From assembly GCA_964247055.1 (NCBI GenBank), contig OZ176054.1, positions 2,480,001-2,544,000 on the forward strand: 64,000 bases of DNA, given 5' to 3'. Positions within the stretch are counted from its first letter, which is position 1. Each line of letters opens with the position of its first letter. Shown in pieces: positions 12,901 through 27,940 of this stretch. The notes below the pieces were generated by a model that saw only the letters and a program-made list of their open reading frames with translations, was not told the DNA's origin and made no database searches. Source of the DNA: Paragordius varius (Eukaryota; Animalia; Nematomorpha). A program made the position numbers and the translations under genes.

Positions 12901-15900
12901 CGATTATGGATTTTTTTTTATTTTTGCTGTATTTCACAATGTGTTTCTGAGCCTATAGTTGCTTTTTCAATGGCTTGATTTGCGAATATGAATTGGATTT
13001 AGTAGTGAAGCGTGGTAAAATGTCTTTGGACATTTGCTTTTGTAGGCAATGCCAGGTTGGAATTGCATATTAACAAGTAAATTTATCATTATTCATTATA
13101 AAAAGATAATCTACTTCCCATTCATTTTTAACGCTATATTATAGCATTTTTCTGGCTTATTTTATTCATACCAAAATATAAGTTTAAAGGATTGCTTCTG
13201 TTTTTTGCTAATTTAAACTATTTCCTAAGGTAATCACAAATGATTTAAAGTTCGAATAAAATACATATGATTAAATAATATATTAATTAAATATCAAATT
13301 AAAATTTTTTGTTAACAAGTTAAATTTTTCAAACGATTAATAATTTTTGTGGATAAAAAATTGTATGCAAAATATTTTTTACATTTTTGAAAAAATTTCA
13401 GGCTGTCACGTTTTTAAATCTCGCGATCACGAAGTCGACCGTTTGGCCACCCCTGCTAGAAAATATCATAGTCGTAATTTTACAAATATAATTTGAGAAA
13501 AATTAAAAACGCCTTCTTTTAGTGTTGATAATTGGGACCATGTTGCGGGGCTATAAACCCAAAATTTTTAATAGTCACTTGTGATTTTTATAATAAAATT
13601 TTAAGTTATGGATATAATTAGCTAAAAATTATCAATCAGAAAGTAGAATGCCAAATATAATTAAATATTTAAAAAATCATGTAAAAAGAGCTTTAAGATT
13701 TTTTAATCATTAATTATTTAAAAAATGTGATTTTTCTTACGGTGGTTTCGATTGTTGATATTTACATTTACTTTAGGTGTTTTTAAAGTTTATAATACAA
13801 CCGAGCATCTTTTTACTTAATAATAACATATTATTACAAAAATATAAGGAATCTTGATAAAACACTATCCCTTCACCTTAAATTACGCCTCAACACTTAA
13901 AATTCACCATATTCCTAAAAATAAACTATAGTTTTGCTAATCAATATTAAATTACATGTATTAAAGAATAAACTTATATTTTTTAAAGCTTTGTGACTTC
14001 TAGAGTCTAAAAATGGGACTACACGACGGAAACGAACAGCTGATATCGAAATCAAAATAGCATCAAAACTTTTTAAAGTTAAATATTTGCATTTTCTCAC
14101 CATAATATACGATTATTTTCTGTTGCAGCGATTTCAAAAAATTATAGAAAAAAATGATGGCTAAAAAGTTATTTTTTTATAATTTTAATTTTTTTAAAAA
14201 AAGTTGTAAAATGCAAAGGCTAGCGAAAGCATTTTTAAATTCGGTTTAATACCTTATATACTTTTAAAGATATTATTGCTATGGGATAGAAACACCCCAA
14301 AAGGTAATTGTTAACAAAATCAAAAAAATGTAAACTATAACACATAATTTATTTTCAGGGTGAATTTGAAATGTTCCTAGTTGATAATGTTTAAATGTGA
14401 ATTTTAAGTGTTGAGGCCTTTATTTCAATTAGGAAAATACACTTTGATACCAAAAACATCTTTTAGATTTCAATTTTAAAAAATATTTTCCTCTAAAACG
14501 GTAACGAAATTGCTTTAAGACTAATTATTTTTCAAGTGCGTCTAAAAAATTGTGTTTATGGATAATATTTATGAAGACAATGATATAAGTCTCTGACTAA
14601 AATGACCGGTACTTTACATATGTAAAATTTATTTCGTTCCTTTATATGGGTTTTACCAACTTTTTCTTTAAACAATTATAGTTAGTTTTAAATGTCAACC
14701 GTTTTGTCGCAATCATAATAATTAGTCGCTCACTGCTTTTAGTAAATTAATAAGTTTTTTAGGGAACTTAAAACTTTTAATGTAAAAAAAGATAATTAAA
14801 AAGTTGAAAAAGGACATGTCAAAATGTCATATAAATAAAACAATTTTTTCTATACAATACTTGTTGTAATTTATTAAAATTTAATTATTTTAAAACCATG
14901 TTTTCATTCATTGATGACACAAACTTATGTCAGTTGACAATAATTAAACATTGTTGTGTAATATCTAAAAAAACACGAAAACTATTAAAATTGAATCGGT
15001 GTTTTTTAAAAATATAGGTCAATGGTTAATTAATTTATGAAACAAAGCAGTTCCTATTCGGTTAGAAATCATTTAAAACTATATTTTATCAATAAAAATT
15101 TTTTATCAATAAAAGTATTGCCAAATATGAGGGCTGACAAAGAAAAAGACTTCGTTTTGAAGTATATGTATCCGGCAATTACTGGTCCTTAAATGCACAA
15201 ATATTCATTGATGGTTTTTATCTAATTACAAAAATGTCCATATATTGTAATAGTTATCTTTGAGTTTTATATAGATTTTTTATTGTTTGGAGACGGTAAA
15301 CATAACTTTTAATTTTTTGTAGCGCCTGAAAAATACCCAACATGGGTATGATGATATAACTTTAACAGTCAGCTTTATTGCGCTTAGAGGCGATTATATA
15401 TTATAGAACCAGATATTACACCATATAAATGATTTCACAAAAAAATCGATTTCGCATTTGCAAAATGTTTTGACATTATTTCTAATTAATGGGGTTTTTT
15501 AAATTTTTTAGGTTTTTCTGAGGTGACCACAGTTCGTAGTTTGTGTTGGTCCTGAATAATGTTATTTGGCGGTTTTGTAAATAACCCTATCTATGTTTAA
15601 CTTTATTTTTTCGATAGGGGGTGCGGGGGTGAATTTCCATTCTTTTATTAAAGAAACACGGCTATCATTTACCCTTTTCTGATTTTATGTGTAAAATTAA
15701 TACCTATGGGTGTTTATATTCTAACAACCTCTATCATAGTAGTTTGACAACAAACATCGAACATTCTTTACACCTATATTAAAAAGTTATTTGTTGGTTA
15801 TTGTGAAAATTTTTCAATTTATTCCACCTGCTTAAAAAAAATGATAACAGGCATGGAATGACGTAAATCCCTTTTATAAATAATTTTCTCTTATTTATTA

Positions 15901-18900
15901 TTATAACGACAATAATTACTCATATTAATATTATTAATGTTTATTACATAGCTCTATTTATGATTGGAGGTGATAATAGCTCAAAATTATCTTAGAAAAT
16001 AACTTTTTCGCAACACCAAATTTGGTGACAAAATATGCGATATATAGTAACTTTTTGAGACAATGATTTCAAATACTGTAAATCATGTACTAATATTTAT
16101 AAATTAGGGGTAGTTTATATAATTTATTGAATTTTCTAATAATAATAAACATGAAAACAACTCTTAGTTTAATAATAACTATTTCTATCCAAAAAACATT
16201 TTTCATCAATTATTTATGATAATTATTAATCACTCCATTTATATTCAATTGATAGCTAGATAGTTAGGGATATAGTAAAAACAAAAAAAATCTAATTTAA
16301 TGAAATTACAATTTGGAGCAGATTAAAGTTATTTTGCGTGAAAATATTATAACAAGAAATTCGAAAATAATGATTGATGAAGATTTTATAGCTTGCCTAC
16401 TTGCTCGCCTTCAATTTTCTTATAAATTTTAATCGAAATTTTTTTTAGAAACCTATTTTTTTGTAATGATAAAAAGTTTTTAAAAATTAGCGTATTATAG
16501 TATAATAGAGTTTTACCTGATAACTTTTTTTGTATAAAGATTTTTTTGGAAGAAGTTCAAAAGGTGCAAAAAATTAACTTGGATAAATTACACAAGAAAA
16601 ATCCATTAGTTAATTTATTTTCTTTTACAGAATGGTGGTTTTTGGACGACACCAAAAACGTAGCTAATCTATGTAAACCTTAAATTAATCAAATAGAATT
16701 TTGTAATTTTATCGATAAACCCATCTATATGGTAGTCAAATGAGTTCACCTAATAATTAATTTATGAAAATGTGTACCGTACCGTGTTGGAAAAATTTTA
16801 ATTATGTAATGGTTTATGTGTTCATAATTTCAATTTCGCTTTTAGATTTTTAAGAGGACAAAAAATTTTAATTATCCATACATTGTGAAAAGAATAATTT
16901 CCATCGAGACCCTAAAATAAATAAATATTTGATATTAATATTATTTGATGAGATTTAAAATACTTATTACAAGGTAAATTTCATGCATGCTCTAACTTAA
17001 GAAATTTTCTTGGTATGAAATATTTAACTAATAAAATACTGCCAAAGGTTTTTTACATTTTCAAACAAGGATTAGTAATTGCGGTTGTTTTCTGCAATAA
17101 TTTGACTAGCTGCTCAATCCGAATCGATAACTTCGCCAAAATCTGTTAATATGATCCAAAAAACCCGGCTGTTACAGCGATTCACAATTACAGTAAAGTT
17201 AAAATTTTATAACAGAACTTAAAAAAATAATGACTATTCAAAAAATATAACTTATCGTTTTGCAGTGCGAAATATAAAAAGAGATGTATCTAAACACATA
17301 TAATTTTATATTTAATTTAATCATGTAATAGGTTATTATGGTATACTTGTTTATATGGCTCGTGCAAATATAAACATAATTTGCATGTTTATTGATGGGT
17401 AATAAAACTAAAAATTTTATAAATAATATTAAAATTGGGTATCAAAAATTACTTAAATAATTGTTATACAATTACAGTAATTGATAAATTAGAAAGTTAT
17501 AATTCAAAATTAAAACCATTGATAAATAAACAGGTGTTTAACACATAGTCATTTGCATTTGTTTTACTCCTATGGCCGCTTACACCCATTTTTTTCAAAC
17601 GCAGGAAGCCATTTCCCTCCATTTAGTAAAACTTTTATAAATCAACGGACCACAAATTTCGTTACATTATTAAATTTATAAACTGCTCTTTTTAATTATT
17701 TAAAAGGTAAAAACTGAACTTGTAATACCAGACCCATGAAAGCGTTAAGATTCTCCTGCCCAGAGAAAACAGTGATAATACATGACAAACTGTGTATTGT
17801 AAAATTCCCCTCTCTCCTTACCTACTTTCACTGTCCCTTTATTGTTTCAAATTTATTTTATATTAAAGTGGTAGGTAGTTTTCATGTGATTAATTTTATT
17901 TAATTGAAAATAAATATATTTTTTGTTATAAATAATATTATGTAATAACAAGTTTAATAAACTCATAAATAAGGGTGCGTATGCAATTGGTTACGTGACC
18001 AATTACAATAATTGTTATGCTCTATGGTTTATGATCCATTTATGTATTATAATACTATTAATATGGTTGGGGAATTACGGAACTTACCCTTTCATTATAT
18101 TATAATATTTTCAATTAATCCCCCCATCCCCCTTCCCTAAACACACCTTATTTATTTGGGAAAAAATTAAAACAAAACTAGGGCAAATTTTTTAATAATT
18201 AATGTTAAAATGATACATTATATTGATTTAGATTCATATTATGGTAAATGGTAAAAAAATTAAATATATTACAAATATTATTTACGATACTATTTAACAG
18301 TGTTGCCAAACTATAAAAAACGACAAAAATAGCATCAATAAATAACCATTAAAAATTGTCATAAAAAATTTGACATCTCAATACATATGTATATATGTAT
18401 GATATTTCACGAGCGAGATCACATCTCTGAATAAGTAATGATATAATCATAAAATTATCAACCATAAAACCTTATATAATTGAAAAATTACATATTTTTT
18501 AATTGTATATGTAATTTCTAAAGCCTTTTAAAAACGAATAAATGTTTTGATATTATGACCAGGGAAGGGCAAGCACGCATTTACATAAATTATTAAAAAG
18601 CTTTTCACGTTGAATAATGGGATGTATATTTAAAGCTATATTTGCAATGGATAAAATTAATGTTAAAATGACATTAAGCTGGCCTAGATGGATATTTATA
18701 TATGTATAGGTTAACTTAATTGCAAAAATTCATGTTCATATTTGTCGCTTTTTACCAGAGAGTGTTTGTTCTTTTTTCATTTATTTTATCCCTGCTAAGT
18801 TTTTTTTACTATTCATTAAATAATAATGGAATGAAATTACAAGAGCCTTAAAAATAGATTGTTGGTTTGCGCCTATAAAAATCTATCAATTTTATAGCCA

Positions 18901-18928
18901 CACATAAAATTATTCCACAGGATTTGGC

Positions 18929-18930
<2 letters not shown>

Positions 18931-18962
<32 letters not shown>
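18931..18962. repeat. (AT)16 microsatellite
   Basis: Direct reading of the dinucleotide run. Confidence 0.95.
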
Positions 18963-18964
<2 letters not shown>

Positions 18965-20580
18965 GAAAAAATATTTTATTTGTAAAAACTTGAATAAAAT
19001 TAAAAAAATATATCGCCGATGTTATTTATGTTTTAAATGGCCATGATATTAAAGACAAAAGTTATATGTGCTTAATTAAACAAATAAAACTAAAAAATAT
19101 TGTTTCAATTATCTGAATTATTTTTTTGAATTGACTATTAGATAAAATTTTTAACAACAGCCAATAGTCGTAATACATATTTTATTAAATTGTGTACCAA
19201 AATATCATTGAAAATAAAATTTATATATGTTAGATATAATTTTTATGTCGTTGTCCTACTAAAATTTTCATTATCCAATTAATTGATGCTATTTTTGTTG
19301 AAAAAGCAAAACATCCGATATTACATAAAAATCCTGAGTTATATAACATTTTAATTGAATGTTATGGTTTTAAAACAGTTAACTAGCAAAGGCATCAAAC
19401 CATCTTATATATGTATATATTTTCATTATTTGTAAAAAAATGGCGTCTTAATCTTTTTGCGTGCGAAACAGAAACAAATTGCGCCTAAATAATCGGTTGC
19501 ATCACGATTAAATAAAAATTACATTTGATTTTACTTTGAAAATTATAAAACCGTATTTAACTCAGAAGAATCCAAAGTAAAATCCACACTGCAGGAATTT
19601 TTCAATGATGTATTTGACTGATTATTTTTGATTATGAGCATTATTGTTTTATTTTGCACAGAGCATAAGAGCGTTTTTGAGGTAAGCCATACACCTTTAG
19701 CATACAAGTCCTTTTAAGACATTTTATAAAAAAAAAGGTATATGATCATTTGAGTCTAATACATTCCAATGATTATCAATACAGGCCTGTTAGAATCTGA
19801 GAAAAATTAAACTTTTTTTTAGGTGCAAAAAATTAATCCAATTATATATCAATATAAATAATATATTTCTTCTGGAAATTTTGTAATCATTTTACACAGT
19901 TTACATAAAATATTTTGATTTAAAACATATACTGAAATTCTCAAGGTCGTCTTGGTTTTGGTGAGTCGTTTTAGTACATTATTAGCCTCGTGGTTATAGC
20001 TCCATATCGAAAAGTCGTAGAGTTAGCGCACATTATATTAAATAATTTATTGTTAAGGAACCCAAAATAATAAAATATGTATATACTATTAAATATATAA
20101 TTAATACACAAAACAATATCTATGGGGAAATTTTAATAATTAGGTGTGGACTCCGCGAAAGTCTTAAAAAATAGTCCGATAAAAATATTTTTTGATAGGA
20201 TGATGGCTCAGGATTATCAGGGTGCCTATAGTTTTGGATGTTACTACTGATTAGGAATTGCAATTTTTATGATAATTATTTCATTTAAAAAATGGTAATT
20301 AGCTCACTTTTTGCAAAAAGTTTTTATTAAGAGAAGCCATACTTTTCTTATCATTAAATATTTCCTAAACTATATTAACACCTCATTACCTGTTAATGTG
20401 GTTTTATACCCTAAAGAGATTTAAGATTTACGTATCAAAAGTATTGAGGTATTGGACCAAGTTTAAAATATGCTTTTTTTGGCTTTTGGGATCACAATTC
20501 AAAAAAAATTGAAATAAAATTTCCATCTCAAACCTTTTGGCCGCCATCTTTTTCTTAAGCTTTTTTATGTCACTAATATT

Positions 20581-20770
20581 AGCTTTAGCCATCGTATCCA
20601 TCTTGAATTATTGTACCAAAACGTAGAAACACCTATATTTTCCAAATTAATCGAAGTCAATGGAATTTATTTTATTATATTTAGTAAATTTAATTTTGTG
20701 ATTCAAATGGACAAAAAACATCTAAGCTGAAAAACAAACTGCAAAAATTGATAGAGAAACTCAAATCATA
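20581..20770 (+). pseudogene. PIGT: Remnant of PIGT exon 9 (3' part), intron 9 and exon 10, copied in the inverted duplication
   Basis: GCTTTAGCCATCGTATCCATCTTGAATTATTGTACCAAAACGTAGAAA aligns to the PIGT exon 9 end and donor (GCTTTAGCTTTCGGATCAATCTTTAATTATTGTACCAAAAG|GTAGAAA). TTTTGTGATTCAAATGGACAAAAAACATCTAAGCTGAAAAACAAACTGCAAAAATTGATAGAGAAACTCAAATC aligns to exon 10, with a 1-nt deletion and a stop. It sits in the mirror position relative to P4HA copy B. Confidence 0.85.
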
Positions 20771-21258
20771 AATAAAAATAAATATATGGTTTTTAATTGG
20801 TTAATAAAATAAATTTATTGATATTTTAAATGAAATGCATATTTAATATAGAATGATAAATTATAAAGGTCATAAATGGGAATTGTATTGACTAGTTAAT
20901 ATTTGCAATGGCTTGTTTAAACAATATTATTATAAAAAAATCTAAAAATATATGTATAACACTAAAGGTAAAAGGCGCAATAGAATTTACAATAATAGGT
21001 ACCTGTATGCATTAAAAAATATTCAAATAAAATATTTATTTACATCCGCATATTTGATAAAGTGGAATGCACATATATATTGTTTTTGAATAAAAATTAG
21101 AAAAATATGGTCAAAAAGAGTATTATTGCTATTGATTGAGTTATTGAGTCAATAATTTTTGATTTTTTAGTTAATTTTCATGATAATAATTCCGTGTAAA
21201 CCAAAAATAAGAGGGCGTCCGATAACAGTTGAGCCAGAAAATTGTGTTTACGGATTTT

Positions 21259-24200
21259 TTATTCTTTTTCTTTTCTGCGACAAGGTGGCAGAGCCCCCGT
21301 TGATAGAATCCATTTGTTGGCAACTAATAGATGTTGGTTCGTTTTTATTTATATATATATAATTTAAAAATATGATTGAATTTTTCGCTTGGCAATTAAA
21401 TAACCCAAAATCTTGAATTGAAACTTAATTACTTTTGATGGTTTATAAAGAAAACAAATACATAAAAAACTCAAAATTTTCATACTCGTGCACAATAAAA
21501 TAGCGTATAATAATTTTCCAATCATATTTTTTTTCAAAAAAAAAAATTAAAAAAAATACAATGTTTATGTATTTACCCCATTTGCTACCAGTCAGGACGG
21601 GACAGGCCGCATGCTTTGTGTTAACGTGACCAGCGCCAGAAGCCTTAAAATTGTACCAAAATACGGCAGAACCCTATAATAAATATTTGGATATAGTATT
21701 TTTACTTGATAAATTTTTTCTATTTACTTATATTTGTGAAATATAATCTAAGAACCATATTAAATTAAGTATGTAAATAAAACTTACGTGCTCAGTGTTT
21801 TTACTCTTGATTACATTTTTAAATAAATGCATACATTTATCAAAAGTTTGCTCCTAGTAGACTTGTTAAAATTTTAAAGGAGCATAACCTGAAAATTGCG
21901 AATTGAATTCATTAAATTGGAGGATCGAACGTCAAGTATATTCCATAAATATATAAGGTTTGCTAAAATTGTTTCACAAATTTGATACTTAGCTCCTTTC
22001 TAAAATAATTAAATCACTACATATATAATCCAAAACTTTAGAAAAAAGCATGAACGAGATAAATGGCAGACCCAAACTAGGTTCGAATTTCGCGATTAGT
22101 ATATTGATTGTATACATTTAACAGAAAAAAATTTAGTTGCAAAATCTCAAAAAATGCAAAAAAAACACCCGATAGTAAATCAAATACTAACTATGGTTGA
22201 ATGAAGAGTATAAAAAAGAAATTGCGGTTTTTCTATTAAGTAAATGTTATTGAAATAAATATGAGAATCTATGCATAATAATTGTAGCATATCGATAGCG
22301 CTATAGTTAATGGAGACATAGCTACGGTCCTGTGCTCAGGAGAAAACAATTTGTAAAAGTATTAATACGGCTCAACATATTTTTGTAAAGAGCACTTTTT
22401 CAAATATCATTGCATCATGTGTTATCCTTCCAGTTACTAAAAATTAATAAACCATCTACACTATCGGATACTTTTGGTTCATTTTTTATTATTTATTCGC
22501 AACTTAATACTTTTTCAGTTAAATCTAATATTATCGAATAAAATACCAATATCAAAATTCTTATCTTGTTTGAGTGTGCTAATTATCTCACTACTGGAAG
22601 AGTCTAGTAACGAAAATATTTTTTTATATCCAAAACTTGGGAAAACTTCTGTTTCATGTTTAATTAAATTTTTGCAGTTTCTTTTTTATGGCAAATTTCA
22701 CGTTTTATTCGCTTTAAAATTATATCTTCTCGCAATTGTGGGTGTAAGCTAAATATAACATGTCCAATAATATAATCTTGGAATCTAAAACTTAATTTCC
22801 TTTTACTTTTCTAAAATATTTGCCAAAACTTCTCTGGCTCTGCTATTGTTTTGCATGTTTTATCAATGTAATTCAAGAATGTAATAAAAAATAGCGTAAA
22901 GGAAGGGTATAAATTGGCGGAATAAGGAATGAATTAAAATAAAACAGAATTTACGCTTGTAAGCAATAGAAATCATATATTAAAATCCAAATATTGTACG
23001 GACCTATTGAGCAAATATTTCAATCGCCATACATCAATTAAATCTAAAAATATAGTTCAATAAAATGCGCATCTAGTTTTGCTAAACTTTGGATTATACA
23101 CACGTATAATTAAGGATATATCTATGTAAAGTAATTAAGTTAACTTAAATTTGGTCGAAAGATTGAAGCAATTTTACTCAAACTAACCTATATATTATTT
23201 GTTAAATGTACTTGACTTTCTATCCTCCAATTTACACAATTAAAAAACTCGCATTTTTTCAAGTTATGCCACACTTTGAAATTTTAAAAAACCTACTAGG
23301 AGTAGCCTTATGATAACTGAATGATATTTATTTAAAAATGTAAGCATATATAAAAAATCAATAATCATAAAGTATGGAAGTATTACTTTTAAGCTTACTC
23401 GAATAAAGGTTTCTAACACTGTAAAATGTTCTGACCTCTAATCCTTATTTCAAAACCGGATAAGTATTAAGATTTACCACCAAAAATTAATTCATTAACA
23501 TATGGACATTATAAAATTATTATGACACAATATTCTTTAACTTTTTAAGCCATACTTTTTATGTGAAAGATATTTAATTGATACATTTTCTGTATATATT
23601 TTAAAATTAAGTTTAAATTTAGAAAGTAGATAAGACTTGCTTACTTTTCTAGGTACTGAACGAATACCAGCCAAAGGAAAAACTGTTGCTCCACCGGCTA
23701 AAACATCACTTAACTAAGGAGTTCGTAAAGTAGGAATATAATAAAATAGGTTATTGTTTTTAAAAAAATGACATCGAGTTGTGCATATAAAGAGAAAATA
23801 TTGTTATTATATAAGCTAATTATTATAAAATTATTTATTATTAATCACGGATAATTATTAAAATCTTAATTAGATTTAATTACCACTCTACTTAACAATA
23901 TGATAAAGTTATTACTTTGAAAGCGTTTTTTTTTCAAAAAAAATCTAAAATAATTTTTTTCCTATGCCAAAAAAATATGCTAGATCAGGGGTGTCCAACA
24001 GGCGGCTTGCGTAAAATTTCGAAAACAAAATTTTATCCAATCTAAGTTAATTTGATTTTTTCAAAAAAAATTCTTTATTACATTTGTCCGAATTTTGGCA
24101 ATGAACAAGCAAAAATGTTAAAATAAATAATAATTTTTACAATGTTATATTAAAAGTTTGATAAAATATTCAATATAATTTGCGAATACGGCCTGTCAAT

Positions 24201-27200
24201 TTCTTTGATCTGAAAAAGCGGCCCGCGAAGCCATTTGTGTTGGACACCTCTGAAATATATTTTGATTTTTTTAGTACTTATATATATATATATAATTACT
24301 TTAAAAGATTTAGCCTATAAAAAATATATAAAACTAAAACTAATATCCCAATTTTATGTATAATAATAAATTTATTTCCAAAAATTATATTTTATTGCAT
24401 CCTAAAAGTTAAATCAAATTATGTTTTTCTTCAAACCCCCTTTGAAACATAAAACATTAGCAAGCCATACAAAAAACAAAACATACATAAAACATCCATG
24501 TGGCAATAGGTTGTTCAACCAAATTTCCATCAACATCATATTCCGGTTCCTAAATAAAAAAAAATAAAAGCGAAAATTAATTTTAGCGTTTTGAAAAAAA
24601 AAAGTTCTTAACATACCCCTGTGTTCGTTTTAATTATCATAATCAATTAAAAGCCACTCTTTTTGATATATTTGCAAACAAGATAAAAAAATGGTAAAAC
24701 ACCGTTTTTGCAGTAATAATGTCTTTGTAAATCTCACAAATTTTATAAAAGCGTAAGGCGCGGCTTAAAAAAACACTCTACATGGTATAATATGCTGGGA
24801 ATTAAACTTACGTTAAACATGAAGGTAGAGTTATATACAGTTTCCTTGGCGTTCATTAAAGGCATCTTTTTCTATACTGTGTATAAGATTGAGGTGTTTG
24901 GAAATTGACACGTTTATAAAAAAATATATAATAAATTAGAAAAATGTTTAATATACTTACTATATGGAGGGGTTAGTTTATAATTTTAGGTTAGTTAAGG
25001 AGCAAACAATAGATTGCTTTTTCATCAATGGTTAATTTTAATAAATAGATAATAGATTATATAAAATCATTAATATAAAAAATTATCTTAAGCTGTAATA
25101 ATATATACATATATGTATTATTCTAATAATATAAGGCATGCAGAATATATGTAAAATTTAGGCAAAGGCATGCAAAAACGGTGTTTCACCTTAAAAATTA
25201 AAAAGTAAAGATTAAGATAGTTTTAGTTATATTTACGAACTCTTGGGGTGTTAAAACAAATAAAATATTAGTATTGTCACATGCATAAAACTTTTTCAAA
25301 ATATGTAACATAACATAACAAATAATTATTTTTTGTATTTGTAAAATTTTTATTTATTAAATTAATGTCTTAAAAATATTTTCTATATATAAAAATATAT
25401 GAGATTAATAAACTTAAAATTGATTTTAATAGTATAAACATTAAACAGTTTTGATAAAAAAAACATACCCATGTAAAATCATAGTGTGGATCAAATTGTC
25501 CACCAATGCCATAATTTGCCACCTAAATAAAACAAATTCAATTAAAATTATTCTAAGTTAATAAAATAATTTTCTTATACAGTATTTACTCAAATTTCCT
25601 CATAATTCTATATATAGTTTCAATTTACTCATTAAATTATAGGAATAACCTCTATGGCTAAAATATCATTGTTTTTTAGATTAAACATAATATTTTTATA
25701 CCTGTAAAGGGTAATTTTGCACAGAAAGACCCGTTATAGCTAATATGCGTTTATTAATATCTTTGATAACTGTATGATCTTCCTCCCTAAGCCATGCACT
25801 AAAAAACATAAAAATACAGGAATTTTAGAGAGTCTAGATAGAAAATAAAAGTAAAATTACCAACACAAATGACTTCTATAGCCACATTTTTGTATAAAAG
25901 ATCTCCTCCGCCGCATTTGCAAATCATATATGGGATAATTAATAAATATAATATTTGATTCTATCTAAACATAAGACGCTGCAAAAACAACCAGTGTTTA
26001 TTTTAACGAGATTTTTCGGAGTTTATTGCCACGTCGGAAAAACTTATTCAGAAAATTTGTTTAGGAAAATCAAATTCACTTAGATCTCGTAGAATTTTTC
26101 GTGGGCTGCTTAAATATTTTTGAGGGCGCAAGCGGCCCGCGTGTTAAAAACCCCGGTTTTAGATTAAAGAACGAACTGCAATTCAAAAAGAAAGGTCAAT
26201 TACAAATTTTAAATTTTAAATAAAATTTGAGATAGTTGTATATGGGGTTAAGGGAATTTTTGCACATTGAATTTTTTATATTTAACGAATGGTGAATCAT
26301 ATGAATTATATAGAAATATTCAAGAAGCTAAAATATAGTTTAATATTATACTATTTAACTTGCGGCACATTTTTAACAAAAACTTTTTTTTTCAAATTTT
26401 TACAGAGTGATTATAATTATTATTATTAATAATAACAATAACCAATTTTTAAAGTCAATTTCTACTTTTTTTATAAACAAAATTTTATTGAAACAAAAAT
26501 TTTATATCGCAAAATAATTAGTTTGAGAAAAATATAATTAATCACTTTTTACTAATTCGGTGATCTGCAGTGCCATATTTTCGTGTATTTGGATCGAAAA
26601 CAGTAGATCGTTCAAGCTAAAATATTGATCATACACAAATATGGAATACATAACGTTTCACAATAATTTATATTTTTTATAAATAGATATCGATCCTTAT
26701 CTATCATAAGATATTCAATAAAATATACTTTTTCTCGTAAAAACTACCATTCTGAAAAATCAACTAATTTAACAAATATATATATATATATATATGGTAA
26801 ATAATTTCAAGTAATATCAATATATATATACCATTTTTCATGCAAAAACATAATTTTTTTAACCAAACGCACTATTTTTTCAAGCAAAGACAACATTATT
26901 TCCTAACGCAACATTTTAACAACATTTTTTCATCCAAGCGCAACATTTTTTCAAGCAAAAACAACAATTTTTTTACAAAAAAGTTTTTTTATTTCATGAC
27001 AATTTAATTAATTTTTAAGTTAATGTTATTAAATGTTAGCGTTGAATTATGATTTTATTGTTTTATCATTAATATTTGATGGTAAATTGATTGATTCCAA
27101 ACAGTTTAATTTCCCCCCATTAATTGCATTATTATTTATCTGTATTAATGATTCTTTTCTAAAACTTTAGTTTCACCTTATCAATCTATACTATTTGAGC

Positions 27201-27887
27201 TTCAAGAGTGGTGTCTTTAAAAATTTAAAGTTGGTCCTTACATTTTTTGCAGTTTGCATACAACCGTTATTTTTGTATGAAATCATCTTTTTTAAATTAG
27301 TATTTTTACATTCAAAATTAATATTTTCATAGCAAAAACAACCTTATTTTTTTTTAATTATCAATATATAAACTTATTAATGTTTTAATATTACGGATCC
27401 ATAACCCACAAAACCTAGATATTTTGATAATATAGTTAAAATTTTATAAAAACTAATATGGATATATGGTTCTTATGAAAAAAATGGTACTCACTTTAAT
27501 GTTTAGGTTAAAGTTAATAATGATAGGATGGATGAATACTTTATAAAAGTTAAAATCAAATTAAAATATTGAACCAATTTTAAATTTTCAAGAACAATCG
27601 CGCAATTTATTGATTAAGTGAAACTGGTGTAAAAGAAAGATAATATAAAATAATGTAATTTATGGGCAAAAAAATGTTGCAATTTACCATTAAATATTGA
27701 TGGTAAAACAATAAAAATCATAATTCTATGCTAAAATTAAATTATATTAACTTGAAATTTAATATGTCATAAAATATAAAAATGGTTTTGATTTTTTAAA
27801 AAAAGCGTTGTTTTTGCTTGAAAAATAGTTGCATTTGCTTAAAAAATAGTTGCGTTTGGTTGAAAAAAATGATGTTTTAAATTAAAA

Positions 27888-27940
<53 letters not shown>

